Below, piece by piece: positions 13,710 through 53,922 of a DNA stretch of 64,000 nt. A program made the translations under genes and the position numbers. The notes below the pieces were generated by a model, which saw only the letters and a list, made by a program, of their open reading frames with translations, was not told the origin of the DNA and did not search any database. Origin of the DNA: Amoebidium appalachense (taxonomy: Eukaryota > Protista > Ichthyosporea); the NCBI GenBank assembly GCA_963693365.1, contig CAVNZM010000006.1, forward strand, positions 8,931,355 through 8,995,354. Reading direction: 5' to 3'. The number at the start of each line of letters is the position of its first letter. Within the stretch, counting starts at the first letter, position 1.

Positions 13710-15197
13710 TCAGTGATGCATACGAAGAACCCACATCGAATGGAACCCATAAGCAGCAGCCCCATTAATAAAAACGCCCAGAAGTGCAGCCTGGCAGAAC
13801 GATGCAAATCTGGTTTGTATGGCAGTGACAGGAAGCAACAGGGCACCCAAAGCATAATGGTGGAGATGGAAAGACAGCCCTAGATCCTTGACAGCTAAAC
13901 TCACAACCACAAAGCATACCGTGATCACAGAATATACGGCAAGGATCCGTGGCAAGCGGCCTACCTCCCTGTTAATCTTCAGCATATAGACTAAGGCTAC
14001 GAGGATAAACTTCAGGATAATAATGCAACCAATTAGACGGCCACCGCTAAGCCTCTGAATGGCCGCATCTCCGTTGGATGTGAGGCTGAAGTTAAGAAAC
14101 GGCTTGACGAAATTCATATGTAGGAAGAGGAAGCAGGGCACAAAATAGAACAAAAACACATCAACAACAAACGGATGGCCTTTGGGTGCGTTGGTCTCAA
14201 ACATGGTTCGTTTAACACACGTCTTGTAGAAAATATAGCAGACCACCAAATACGGTAAGAAGGTGGCGAGGGAATCCTGGTAGAACTGAGCTGTGTATCG
14301 GGGTTGGCTGATGAGAACCACATACCAGAAAAACGCTACGCATATGGAGCCCGAGTACACCTCAATGGTTGGTGACACTAAAGGGAATGCGCCGAAGACA
14401 GCAAACATGGCTGCAAAGAAAACGACGTTGTAATAACTGCAGTATGCCTGCTGCTGACACTGGGCAAGCTCATACCCGTCACCGCTATTGAGCTTTCGCA
14501 CAGCAGCACAACCACCTAACGTGTTGGAAACATAGCCAGACTCAACAGCTGCCTTACATATTGGCGAACGGGGGGTAAAAGAGGAGCTCGACCCAATCAC
14601 AGAGGCAGTAGTGTTTGGGCTGAAAATGGAACAAAAAGACTGGCAGCGCACCGGCAACCACCCACCACTGCCTGACGCTTGCCATTCGATGTAGCCTGCA
14701 TGTTCACTCCACGTAGCCGTGCAGTTCAACAGAACAGGACTTCCATACTCGGTGTTTGCCGCAAAGTTGTTGTAATGAAGCCCTAGGCAGAGGCAGAGCA
14801 AGACAGCCGCTATGTATACCCACTGTACCCAAGTCCTTTGTTCTTTTGACAACGCTCTCGCTCGTGTAAGGCTGGGGAATAACGGTGTGTGATGGTACTC
14901 GTGACTCGCCTGTGCACAAAGAATGCGCCTCACTGCCAGGGTGGCCCGCTGGGGAAACGATGTGGGCACGGTTATTCCGATGTTCAAGTCATCGTCGGAT
15001 TCATTTTCTTTTAGAATGCGGCCACTGGCAAAATTCTCGAGAGAATCCGTTGTGGAAACATGCCGCGATGGGGCCTTTTTCAACTCGATGGCATCCACTT
15101 CGACTGCCACTTCTTCGTCATCAGCTATGTCCGTGTCGGAATTCGTGCTGAACAGGGACATGGCGGAGCCCCACTGTCCATGTCGAATCCCAGACAT
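13710..15197 (-). CDS. Intronless LCCL-domain multi-pass membrane protein (495 aa)
   Basis: Long non-repetitive ORF. VIGSSSSFTPRSPICKAAVESGYVSNTLGGCAAV resembles the LCCL core. It has several hydrophobic segments and a C-terminal HLHHY...ALLGVFINGAAAYGF motif like fungal LCCL membrane proteins. Confidence 0.85.
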   Translation of the reverse strand: MSGIRHGQWGSAMSLFSTNSDTDIADDEEVAVEVDAIELKKAPSRHVSTTDSLENFASGRILKENESDDDLNIGITVPTSFPQRATLAVRRILCAQASHEYHHTPLFPSLTRARALSKEQRTWVQWVYIAAVLLCLCLGLHYNNFAANTEYGSPVLLNCTATWSEHAGYIEWQASGSGGWLPVRCQSFCSIFSPNTTASVIGSSSSFTPRSPICKAAVESGYVSNTLGGCAAVRKLNSGDGYELAQCQQQAYCSYYNVVFFAAMFAVFGAFPLVSPTIEVYSGSICVAFFWYVVLISQPRYTAQFYQDSLATFLPYLVVCYIFYKTCVKRTMFETNAPKGHPFVVDVFLFYFVPCFLFLHMNFVKPFLNFSLTSNGDAAIQRLSGGRLIGCIIILKFILVALVYMLKINREVGRLPRILAVYSVITVCFVVVSLAVKDLGLSFHLHHYALGALLLPVTAIQTRFASFCQAALLGVFINGAAAYGFHSMWVLRMHH

Positions 15198-17391
15198 TGT
15201 TCGCGTGTTAGGAAAGGCTTAGTGACTTAAAAGCTTTTGTCAGTTTGCTGGTGTAAGCATTGACTCCAATTGTTAGGCGAAGCTACCCTAACAGAGTGAC
15301 CAACCTATAGCCGTGAGAAAAATAGTAGGACTGGAATAAAAATTATAAGTGCAAGGAAGCAAGTATACGTGAGGTTGCGAAAATGAGTAGTTCAAAACCC
15401 CACAGTACACGAACGCGTTAGTAAAATTCGAAGGAGCCCACACAGCCAAGAAGCCTTGGTACATACACGGGAGAGGATGATTCACACCTTTCTGCGCAAA
15501 GGCTGCGTCGTGCATGTGAAGGTGCCCAAAGCCACTCAGCGGTATTTGTTGACTCTGCTTGGGCGTCACCCGTCCATGATCCATATCCAACCAAACAACT
15601 CGCTCATGCTTCGTGGCAGTAGGGCAATCTTGCAATCTTCTCCGTGATCTTTAGTATTGGCGAATGGGATAGCAGGCTCTTGATTATTAACAGCCATGTG
15701 CATCAAAACAACAACTGCTGTATTTTTCCTCGACTTTTTCCCACTTTTCGCCGTTATGATCGCAAGAAAGTCATGAATATAAAATCATGATTCGCGGGGA
15801 TCACTTATAATTGAAATAGGGAACCTTTTACGCCACCATGTTGGCCAATAACTCTTCTCAGCCAATCGGAGTCCGGGAGACAAAACTCATATACCCCCTA
15901 GCTAAGGCTAATTCGTTACAGCTCCCCTGATTATGGATAAGCTGGAAATTCGCTATAAAATATTTAACATACGACGAACGGTTCGGCAGCTTACAACTAA
16001 TAGTAAAGGCCTTAACGTGGTATAGTGGCATGCCCAGTGATGGGGAAAATAGAAACATGGATCATGTACGGGTTTGTGTCCCATTCACCTACATATTCCC
16101 ACGGAGAGTATCTTCAATTAAGTCTTCGTTGTTTTTTGTGATCGCGCCAAATTCAAACTTAAATTTAGTAACTTTTACCGTAATTATGTAGGTATTCCCT
16201 ACCAGTAGGTACTTCTTGTTCAAAATGGATACAGTTGGCATGACGCCAACACCTAATCCGATATTTCAGCACATGATTATTATAGATTGGTATTAATCTC
16301 CTTACTTTCTTCTTTCTTACTTTCTTTCTAAATTCTTTCTTTCTTTCTTTTTGCATTTGCCAATTTTCGGAAATTCGATGTGCCACATTTATTCGGCTGA
16401 GTCGCGATGGCATGCACGTGTGACAGGCTATTTTTAGCTACTGCACTTGCAATTGTGCGCATGCGTGTTCACTTCACCGGTAGCGGCAGCATGATCATCC
16501 ACTAAGTAACTGGAAGATATGCCACATTTGACTTCTGCATGCAACTGCAAGTCGATGAAACGTAAATGCGAGCGTTATTCAGAATTGAATAGAAAATATG
16601 AATTATCCTGAATCATGGGAACAAGGAGCAAGCTCGGGTGATCATTTATAATAATATTTATATATGTAATGAGTAGCATCTGCTATCTCGATCTAGGAGG
16701 TTTTTTTAAGCTGCAATCCTGGAGCTACATCTTCAAAAGATTGTATAGTGTAAGGGAAAGGGCTTCACCACAGTTACGGTTAATACGCGTATCTTTCATA
16801 AAACGTTTTTTCCTACAGCAATTCTGTATCCATGTCAGATATTACCTGTAATACCAACGGCACCGTGCATTGTCTCCCCGACTGATCATGATGAATTATG
16901 ATTGGATGGCCACATTATTCCAACCAATCGCAGGATTCGCAGCTGTGCCAGGGGCCCAGGACTTCGGATGGGATGATGAATATGATGGCACGCTCACGCG
17001 CCAATTGCTTGAATAATATATACAGCACAACAAAGTTTTTATTTTGTATATATGCACATATGTGCCCAAATTTTTCATTTTGTTATAAAGATAATTAAAA
17101 AATAATCACATTTATTGTTTAAATGGTTCAACCACCAATTATACCCCTGTTATTATAATAGTTGAGTTACAGGCTGTTGTGCCGCGAGCACTCCTCGGAC
17201 ATTGGCTGAATCTCCTGGGATCGAGTGGATAACGCGAAACAATGCGCATTTCGAAAAAATAATTCGAATCATGGAGTCAACATATCTGATTATCATCCGA
17301 TATGCCTGTGTACACTTCATGGCATAGTATTTTCGTATGAGAGTGACAAACGTGTATATATGTAAAAACGTATGCTGTGAATGTCTACACT

Positions 17392-22904
<5,513 letters not shown>

Positions 22905-23061
22905 GCGTATGTGCTGGTAATGTGTATGTATGTAGCGTAAGTTTGGTCAGTTAGGCCGTGTGTGACTGCAAAGTGTATGTCTTAGAAATGTAACATGCGT
23001 GTATGCTTTATCTTGTAGCTAGGGGAATGGGTCGTGGTTCACTGCATTTTGTTTCCGAACA

Positions 23062-23101
<40 letters not shown>

Positions 23102-23985
23102 TCCTCCTCCTTCTCCTCCTCCTCCTCCTCCCCCTGTGCGCCCTTCCCCTCCATTACCAGCACCACAAAGGTACAACACACAACAATGAAAATAAATTAA
23201 ATCGGCAAGAAGATACCCGACCCCAACCCACCTACCCACCTCGTCTCCGTGCACCGAAATGTCGTGTGACTCTCTTCACCACATATACCCCGTAAGCCGG
23301 TCACGTGCACACGTCTATGAAATCTCCGTGCCTCCTTTTCTCACTTCTGGTGCCCTGTCTTCCCTCACTCACTCCGTTACTTTCCCCAGCTCTACCCTCA
23401 CACTTTCATGCACACACACGTCCACAAGTGCAGACGTGCATCCCCCCCTTTTCTCCAAAAAAAAGAAAAAAAAAGGAAAGAAAAAAAGAAAAAAACGGCA
23501 GAGGTTTTCGTTTGCGATCCTCAGGTGCATGATATAGTGTATACGAGTGTACATGCCCTTGATTTGTTCATGTTTGGTAAATCCTCTCTGAGACTACATA
23601 GTACAGGCATGGCCCGGTTTGCGGCTCTCGAGGTTCCCTGTAGAACCATGCACGTTTCAAAACCCTAGCACGAGATGCTGTTACAAATCCCTGGTCCACC
23701 CTTCATGCATGAACTTAGCCAGTGCACTGTGGTTGTGGTCGAACAACAGAATATACGAGACGCCATTTTTGAACCTGAAAGAAACCACTCAAGATCTTGT
23801 TTATGTGGCACGAGGATGTCATCATAATAAATATCCATGCAGGGTGCACATATGTGAACGTGCCGATCTCAGGAAGCACTTTATATACGAGTTAGGTCTT
23901 TTAGCTGGCCATATTCAACCTACAGTGGTTGGCTGCTTCGAATTCGGTACTCATGTATGATATGTGTGTGTGCTGTGTGTGTGAG

Positions 23986-24038
<53 letters not shown>

Positions 24039-24167
24039 TGTGTTTGTGTTTGTGAGGGTGTGTGTGTGCGTGCACGCATGTGCACACGTGTGTGTGTGGA
24101 TGTGTGTGCACGTAACCATGTCACAGTGTATGTGTGGAAGTGTGCAAGCAAGTGTGTGTGTGTGTGT

Positions 24168-24227
<60 letters not shown>

Positions 24228-24348
24228 GCATTAGCATTCATTATACACACATGCATGCGTGTGTGTGTGTCTGTGTGTAATGCGACAAATTGCAGTTATG
24301 TATGTGTGCCCCATCCACGAGCCACGCCCAGTGCCTGAGATCCAAGCG

Positions 24349-24384
<36 letters not shown>

Positions 24385-24716
24385 CCCCTCCCCCCCCAAA
24401 ACACACACACACACACACACACACCACCACTGCCACCACTGCCACCCACCCCAAACTTTTCTTGCGGAGGCAGACTACCGGTTTCAATGGCACAAGGACT
24501 TTCATGCTCCTGGCTGTTGGGGTGAATAGGCAACGGCACCTCATAAACCCACTTTCTACCCCCTTCACCCTTTCTCCTCCCACCACCAGTACCACCGCCT
24601 CTCCGTGACCAGGCAACCACCACCGTCACCAGCTGGAAGACACTTTTGCTGCATGGCAAAGAGCTTGGGGCTGAAGAGGATCCAAAACACGCAAGTGCAC
24701 TTGTGCTTACTCGCTC

Positions 24717-25452
24717 TCATTTATTTAGCCCTGTGGGCTGTCTGACGAATGATGCCAAACTTTTTTCGAGAAGGCTGAAAAAGACAAACGAAGTATGCAG
24801 TTGCCAAGATTCCTCAAACTTTCCCTTACCATCACTGCCTGTGCCAAACCATAAACATGTATAACTAACTCACTTCCATGCGATCCTTTGGAAGAACACC
24901 CTCCTCTTCTTCTTCCTCAGCAAGACAATCCTTTTCACAAACAACACGGCACTCTTCTAGTCTTGTAGCAAAACACTCACTATTTGAAGAAGGTTCTGTT
25001 ATACTGAAGGCATTCAACGAACCGTCCATACCCTTAGTTGTTATGCTTCTTCGGGTGCGCCTCTTTAGCCTTGCTGCTTTCCTCTCGCTCTTCTCCCCTT
25101 TGGCAGTCTCAAGTGGCTTGATGTCAACGCTCTGCAAAAGCTGAGACAACCCTTGTAATCCCACAGCTACTATACGTTGTTTCTTTTTCTGGTAAAACCT
25201 TATCTCGGGGTCAATATTTGTTAACGACTCATCCGTTTGGTGTGTGCTCTCTGTGCCATTACCTGAATCATTTCGGTTTAGCGCTAATTTCTGTGATTCG
25301 GCCAGTGCCCTGCGTACCCCAGAGGTTGCGGTATTCGAATCAGCTTGAATCGTGGAGTGCTTGCTTATTAATAAATGTGCTCTACGTCTTTTTAACAAGT
25401 TTGTGGTGTTTCCTCCCTCACTAGGCGAGGCTTTAGCTTTGGGAAACACCAT
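24717..25452 (-). CDS. Hypothetical basic/charged protein (about 210 aa, probably 2 exons)
   Basis: Non-repetitive ORF from the ATG at 25452 to the donor gaa|gtgagt at 24874. A plausible second exon at 24717-24774 ends in TGA. No family recognised. Confidence 0.55.
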
Positions 25453-25911
25453 GTTCTTTCACGTCAGTTCCGCTGACGTCTAACACGTACTGACGTGTTG
25501 CCGCACGTGCGACGTTATACAACTACTTGTGGCGGCAAAAAAAAAAAAAAAAAAGAAAAGAAAAGGAAAAAGGAGACACCGCCTCAGTAGGTGGTAGCGC
25601 TGAGGTCGAGTGGTCAATAAGGTTGGCCAACTAGTATATGCAGTCCCAAGATGGTGTGGCCTAGTACGCACATAAATTAATCTGGCAATTCATTAGCAGA
25701 GCCAAATGTAAATTTATTCAGTCTTCTCTGTCCTGCAGTAAATTAGGGATCACCACATTGTTGGCGCCCTAGCAACGCAGGTCACTGTCACGTAATCCTG
25801 CCGTCCGGCTGTTCTCAGTTTGGCATGCGGTTGTGGACCGTATCAAGTGTACCTGGTCACCTCCCTCATGCTCTCTGTATTTCTACTAGTTTAGCTTGGC
25901 AGTGAATAGAC
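25453..25911. promoter_or_regulatory. Putative bidirectional promoter region
   Basis: About 460 bp between the divergent start codons of the hypothetical gene and GRASP. No specific elements identified. Confidence 0.4.
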
Positions 25912-34261
<8,350 letters not shown>

Positions 34262-34760
34262 TCAGTTTGGCAGGTCATAACAGGTAGGGTAGGTCTTGAA
34301 AAGACAATTAGTTGGACATGTGCTGATTCTTTAGATATCTTTTGAATTCATGATGTGTGGAAATGTTGGTCCTTAAGGAATTGTTTGAGGTTTGTGTCTC
34401 ACGAATGCATGGTTCTGTATGGCTATATTAGATTGATTGAATCAGTACTTTTACAGTGGAGAAACTTCATTGCGTAATGGTGCCACATGTGGCAACAAGT
34501 CCAATACTCAGTATGAATGTCTTTACCCCTGAATATAAAATAAAACCGTGGTTCGTTATATGTGTGTCAGTGCAATGGAAGTGTGAGTACTGTGCATGCC
34601 CTGGAGTCGCCCGGCAGATGGCGTTATTTTCGAGCTTCTAAAACACTTGTGTTTGTATGAGTATGTGTGGTGGTGGTGGACCGGATCCCAGTACCTCAGG
34701 CTGGCGGTATGTGTGTGTGTGCGTGTGTGCGTGTGTGTGTGCGGTCCGGGACGGTCACCC

Positions 34761-34794
<34 letters not shown>

Positions 34795-34800
34795 ATGTGT

Positions 34801-34843
<43 letters not shown>

Positions 34844-34950
34844 TGCACGTGGGTGTGGGTGTGTGACTGTGTGTGTGTGTGTGTGTGTGTACTAGTGGAT
34901 GACTGTGTGTGTGCGTGCGTGCACTGTGTGTGTGTGCGTGTGTGTCACAG

Positions 34951-35595
34951 GCTCTACCGGCAATGGAGAAAGAAACAACACATTGTCCACCAATGAACTT
35001 TCAAGACCAAAACACAACCAACAGCAAGAAAACAACCACCGTCAGGGGATGCCCCTACCAGGAGGAACTAGGACTAAACTTCACTGCAGCTGCCTGTTTC
35101 TCCCTGTTGAGCATCAGTAATGCCACACAGGTCGACACGGTGGTGCCATTCGAGAATGAGACGTCCTTCTTGGTGACGGGGGGCAACGTGTACACATGCC
35201 AGTTAAACACAGCCGGGTACCTTATGTCCTGCGATACGTGTGAGCACATGACCAATGGGCCCAAACCCACCTCCCTGCTGGCCAGTGGGCATGCAGTGCG
35301 CATAATGGCGACCGAAGGCAGCCAGGCACTGTACGTGCTGATGGCCTACAGCAACCGCACCATGGCCTTTCTGCGCTGCGACACCCCATTCTGCATGCCC
35401 AGCCAGGTCAACGCATTCACTAACCTGCTTAAGGTCTTTAACACGTGGACTCCGGCCAACGGCACCCTGGGACAGGAAGGACAAAGCGGTGCACCAGCAA
35501 CAACGAAAGGTTGGTACTCGCGGCCGTGGTCGAGTGGGGGTAAACGTAGGTGCCGCTCTTTTCCGTTTAGTGAAAACACATGCAAAAATGTTTGA
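34951..35595 (+). CDS. Probable coding exon of a hypothetical Cys-containing, N-glycosylation-rich protein
   Basis: Acceptor cacag| at 34950 is followed by a non-repetitive open frame of about 200 codons with several N-x-S/T sites. Gene boundaries are unclear. Confidence 0.45.
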   Translation, partial: ALPAMEKETTHCPPMNFQDQNTTNSKKTTTVRGCPYQEELGLNFTAAACFSLLSISNATQVDTVVPFENETSFLVTGGNVYTCQLNTAGYLMSCDTCEHMTNGPKPTSLLASGHAVRIMATEGSQALYVLMAYSNRTMAFLRCDTPFCMPSQVNAFTNLLKVFNTWTPANGTLGQEGQSGAPATTKGWYSRPWSSGGKRRCRSFPFSENTCKNV

Positions 35596-36284
35596 AAGGT
35601 GTATATTATGCCGGTCATTGGGAAAATTTATTAGTTTGGCGGTGTTTTCAGATAATTATAAACTAATGAATAAGATAAAACGATGCTGCCCCATGGCCGA
35701 TAGGCATCAGATACATCTCTGCGGGCGCCGGAGGGGGGGGGGGGGGGGGGGGGGGGGGCTTTTCTCAATCATTTCAATTTATGGGTGAATACGGTATCAG
35801 TTTATAACGTTTAGCTTTGGCTAGTAATTGACTGCATCTTGTGACAACTTGTTTAATAATTTAACTACTATGTAACATAATCTATAGAAGACCGGGTTCC
35901 ATGTGTCGCAGTGAAAGACTCTCGGTGGTATATACTGAAGACAGCAATAACTGCAGCACGATATACATGTACATGTACAGTATTCCCAATTTAGTGAAAC
36001 AGTACAATTTAGTATTCTTTACTGTTTTGAGATCGGTCCAGTACCCTAACCAAGACAGCGAATCGAAGCTTAGGTGTGCGGACCCCTGCGTGTGTGCAAG
36101 CGTGCACGTGCATGCCCACGTCTTGTTTTTTAAAAGGGGGAGAATTGGAATGTCGACCTTGTTACAATTTGAGTACTACTATACAGTCCCTGGGCCGATC
36201 ATGCATTGTCTCAAGCTTACACACCTATTGCCGAGCATTGTGGCATCTGCAACCACTTAGCCTGGCTTGACTGCGCTTCGGCTG

Positions 36285-48606
<12,322 letters not shown>

Positions 48607-49146
48607 CCTTTCCTAGGAACACCTGTAGGATCGAGAGAGTGTGTGCAAGGAAATATACTCTGCACTCGGCAAAGCAGTGTACACGTAGCTGCGTGTTTTT
48701 TAACACAAATACAGAAAGTGTCTAGCTATAGCTTTGTAACTCCGAGGGAGCCTCTCACTCTGGCCATGGCCGGGCTGCACAGTGCACGCCCCCCCCCCCC
48801 CCCCGTGAATCCGCGAATTCAAGCATGCACGGCAAAAGAAAGCAGAGGTGGCTCACAAAAAAACATTAACCAAAATAGGTTAGAAAGCGCCTTACCTGAT
48901 ATGTGCGCAGGAGCACACAGTCATGAGCCTGAGTGCACGTACAGTGCCACACACTGCCGGCGGTGTAGTCACGTGTACACGGCGCACGACTCACGTGTCA
49001 TATATGCGGTCACGTGCATGTGGAAGACACCCCTCGGCAGCATTAACACACGAGTGACACAGCACCATGGCCATCCACAGTGCCATTTAGACGCTACGCG
49101 TGCATATCCGACAGTGCAGCCTGAGCCTAAGTTATAGGCTTGAAGT

Positions 49147-49210
<64 letters not shown>

Positions 49211-49475
49211 AAAAAAGAAGAAAAAAAAACAACCTAATCTTATATGCACCACGCGTGTCCGACTTTACACGTGCCACTGCTACCACCATTTTTGTACACA
49301 AAACACACGCACACAATTTTGAACACGACCACACCGGCACCCACACCACACACACGTGCACCAACTCAGACGGTCTGAGACAAACATTGTGCACACACAA
49401 TAATATTTACAGCAGACTCAGTCGGTACATGGAAATATGGATAAGTGGTGGTGGCTGCAACGGTGGTGTTTGAAG

Positions 49476-49508
<33 letters not shown>

Positions 49509-49763
49509 GAGTTCTAGGAGGAGGGACCGGATCGAAAAACGGCTGTTTGGAAGAGTGGCCGAGGCCGGGGCCTCACCACACATGCATGCATGCATACAAG
49601 AAGGGCATGCACGAAGGTGCTCAAACATACACACACGTGTGCGTGCACACACACACACATGCACACGCCCACACACTGTGACATGCACGTACACGCACAT
49701 GCACACAAGCGCGTGCATACACACTCACACACCCATTAACACACAGGCATACACACGGACACG

Positions 49764-49796
<33 letters not shown>

Positions 49797-50799
49797 CCAC
49801 ACACAAACACATGCACATTGCACACGGACGAACGAATGCACGAAAAAATACAGATCATCCATGATTTACGATTCTCTCTTTTATTCGGTTTTTCGCGAAA
49901 AGACATCGGCAACCATACTAGTGGGGTGGGTGGAAAAGCTAAGAATAGCTATACCTAATAGCGTAGCAGCTCTTTTTATTTGTAAACTATTGCGGCATGT
50001 CTCCCTACGTATGATGTTGGAAGCCAATAAAGCGATGTGTTCGGTTTGGTGAGAAGTCAGATTTCAGAGCTCATATACTGCACAACCCAAAGGCGAAAAA
50101 AAAAAAAATTAGATATGGCATAAAACAGTCAACCTTTCCACATGTGTGGACGGTGTATGCAACGGAAAAGCAACAGCACGCACGTGCAAAGTCTGAAACG
50201 TAAGTCCATACTCTACCGCCCAAGGCTCTAGCATTCACCAAAACACCATCATACTGAAAAAAATCTACGCGCGCGAAGAACCCTACAACCAGGAACAATA
50301 TTATACCTCCCGTGTTCAAGCTCTCCCTTTGCCATATGGTAATGCATGTGGGGTCATCGGAACTGGGATGCGTAACGCTCAAACAAGACCCTCCTGTCGA
50401 ACAAACAGAATTAGAATCATTACAGCAAGCAACATTCCTCCCCTTCCCAGTAAGTTTGGGGTGTCTTCTCACTCTTTTGTTTTTGTGAGCTTGTGTGTTG
50501 GGTGGTGTTGTTTTTGCCAATCTCTGTGTGCGTGTGTGTGTGTGTGTGTACGTGTACGTGTGCTTTAGTGTTGTGTGTGTTCGTGAATGAAATTGGCAAG
50601 CAATTACAGTAACCAGAGTAAGTGACCAAGAGGTGGAAAAAGCACAAGAACATACATTCAGACGCATGATACTCCTGCCCATCACACACATCATACCTCC
50701 ACAGATAATGTGCAAAAGACACACATACACACACACACAAGACAGACACACACACACACACACATAGACACACAAACACACACACACACACACACAGGT

Positions 50800-50885
<86 letters not shown>

Positions 50886-50996
50886 GCACACGCACACGCA
50901 CACGCACACAGACATGCACGTGCGCGCGTATACACACACGCACGCACACACACACGCACGCGCACGCGCACACGCACACGCACACGCACACGCACA

Positions 50997-51036
<40 letters not shown>

Positions 51037-51149
51037 CACACGTACACACACACCATTACACCTCTTATCAGCCCAAACCCACGGCAGCAATCTGCACCTG
51101 CCATGCACCCATTCACACCACACCCACCTTTCATCTTTCATCAACACAG

Positions 51150-53332
51150 CGGCGCTGTTCCTATTCATGCAAACTAGGCAGGGAAGAAACGACGAGCACT
51201 CGTGGGGGATGGGGTCTGTGGGGTTGTGTGCTCTCTGGTCCAGAACCATCGCGTCGTTTGTGCCGTATTCCTCCAGAAAGAAGTCTTCCTGTTTGCCTGC
51301 TAGTGCTGCAGAGTCCATGGATGCATAGGAGAGGATACTTGGCCCGGCACCTGCACACAGAAAGGTCAGAGGTGTCAGAGGCTGGCTGATGAAGTCCGCA
51401 TAAAGGATTTACCAATGCCTACACATCATATGGCACACTTCGCCCTTTCTTCTCGTTGTCTGTTTTTGTAATTTCTCCTCCCCGATTTACAATTTCGCCC
51501 ACCTTCCCCCCCCCCCCTGCCTCCCGCACACAAACACACACGCGCACACATTCGCGCGCATGAGCGTGCAGTACACGCATTGAAATCGCCCCTGCTTCCT
51601 TTAACCAAAACCTCCTCCCTTTCTGTTCCCCCCGTACCACCACCACCATCATCACCACCACCATACACGCACAAGCGCACCGGAACACACTCCTAAATCC
51701 CCCTCATCTCCCCCCCTCCCCCCCCTTCAAAGGCCCCCTCCCTCCTACCCTTCCGGAAAATCACACCAGCATCCTACTCCTTCACAAAAGAAAAATGCAA
51801 ACAGACCAAACCTTAAGCTACAAGAATGCAATACATAGGCACAGATATTCCGCAATTGACCATAGTGACGCACGACAAAGGTTTAACAGCCAGGGATAAA
51901 CTGTAAAATTGTGCTAGAAGCTTAATATTCAATGATATTAGCATTGGTGGCAGTGGTGGGGGTGGGGAGGGAGACGGGGGGAGGGGGGGGGGGGGGTGAG
52001 GATGGCACATGTGACTGGAAAATTCAGAGTAATAACGTGCGTTGTCAAAAGTCGTATCTTTTATGTCTACCCTGAAAGATAGACAGATAGAGGTATCCAG
52101 AGGGAAAGCAGCACAAGAGACGAGACGAAACTGCTGGGCGGAGCAAGGTGTGGGATTGAGGTCATTACTCTTGACCAGCGCTGTAGCAAACAGATTGTGC
52201 CCAATGAGAAAAGACCCCCCCCCCTCCCTCTCTCTCTCCCCCCCCCCCCCTTCCCCCCCGAACTCCACCCAAACACACCCACACATCGTCTCCAACCCAC
52301 ACCAAACAAACACACTTTCCTCCCTTCCCTCCCTCTCTTCTATGTGATATGTGTGAGGAGGTAGTGTCTGGGACAGAAAGTGCCCCGCGTGTAGATGCAA
52401 TATGATGCTATTACTTCTGTGTGTCTGTTGGACACACAAGATAGAGGGAGGCAGGGGCTAGTGTAAAAGCGTGTTAGAGGTTGGATGGAAATGCAGGTTA
52501 TCATTAGTTTGCACCAGTGGATCTTCGACTGAACACGAACCCGTGGGGTGCGAGTGCAGTGTGTGTTGGGGGGGGGGGGGGGGAGGGGGGGGAGGGGGGA
52601 GAGGAGGGGAGGGGGAGGGGGGGAGGAGGGAGGGGTAAGAACGTGTTACAGAGTACGAGGTATACGACATGATGGGCAATACCAAGCAGAACGCAGAGTA
52701 CACACACACATATTCATCATACGCGCACAAGGGGGGAGGGGGGGGGGGGGGGGGGGGGGGGGGTCTTACGAAATTGGTTTTGCATTTGGAAAGAAAGTGA
52801 CCCCTCAGTGGCTGGTAGCTGCCAGTCCTCCGGTTTGTGTTTTTTGCCTGCTGGGAGGACAAACTCCTCTGCTGGTCTCTTGCCTGTGGCTGTGGCTGGC
52901 GGGTCGATACTGCAATAGTTAAACCGATTAGCGCATGTCAAGACTGTAGTTCGCTCGATGACCTCGTGAACATGACCTGGTTCAGGTTATATAGCAGGAA
53001 GGAACTTTACAGACGCGGAGGCAGCTGGGACTAGCAGAAAAAGGAATTTCGAGTAAGCACACACACAAGTAGAATGTGATCCGTGATTAAGCAACCTTTC
53101 CTGTAAACGTGTGCACTCGCCACACCAACAACCCATGTGCAAGCAGACGCCAAGCTTAACTTTTTTTTCTGCACAAGCACATGCCCAACCGTTTTCAAGT
53201 CAATTCACGGCCACACAAACCGTTCAGTCTCACATTATCATGGCAGATGGGAAGCAAGATCGTTAGAGTGCAGATGACAAAGTAAAAAAACTGGTAAAAA
53301 GGCGAGGGGTGTTTTTTCCTCTTCCCCCCTCT

Positions 53333-53369
<37 letters not shown>

Positions 53370-53376
53370 CCCCCCC

Positions 53377-53433
<57 letters not shown>

Positions 53434-53441
53434 GGGGGAGA

Positions 53442-53496
<55 letters not shown>

Positions 53497-53922
53497 GAAG
53501 GGAGGGTGGGGCGGGGGGAGATAAATTTTGGTGCAGTATAGCCTACCTGGTCGGGGTATGAGGAAACAAGTTCGGTCATTACACTACAGCTGACGAAGGT
53601 ATACAAGTAAATATGAAGTGGTACATAGTCAAAACCACCAGGGAGTCCACTGAAGCCGACGAAACGTACAGAGAGTAGGCAACAAGAGGGAAACGGGAGT
53701 GGCAGACGGGGGCCGCCAGGAGCCATGAGAGGGAGAGGAGGGGAGAGGGAGAGGGCGGGTGGGTAGAGGGGATTGCAGCAAGCAGAAGCGAGGCAGAAGG
53801 AGCAAACGGGAGATCAATAGGACCACAACTCACCTCATCTCAATGCTGTCTATACCGTAGAGTGTCATGGGATCCTGTCCCAAGTCTAGGGTCACGCACG
53901 CTGGTCTGATACCTTCCATCAT
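51150..53922 (-). CDS. Hypothetical multi-exon protein (structure uncertain)
   Basis: Candidate exons with good splice signals: 53834-53922 (MMEGIRPACVTLDLG...), ~53547-53583, ~52779-52910 (PATATGKRPAEEFVLPAGKKHK) and ~51150-51350. Not fully phased and no family recognised. Confidence 0.4.

Noticed and set aside
15288-15647. Short overlapping ORFs upstream of the LCCL gene
   Set aside because: No recognisable motifs or convincing gene structure. This may be UTR.
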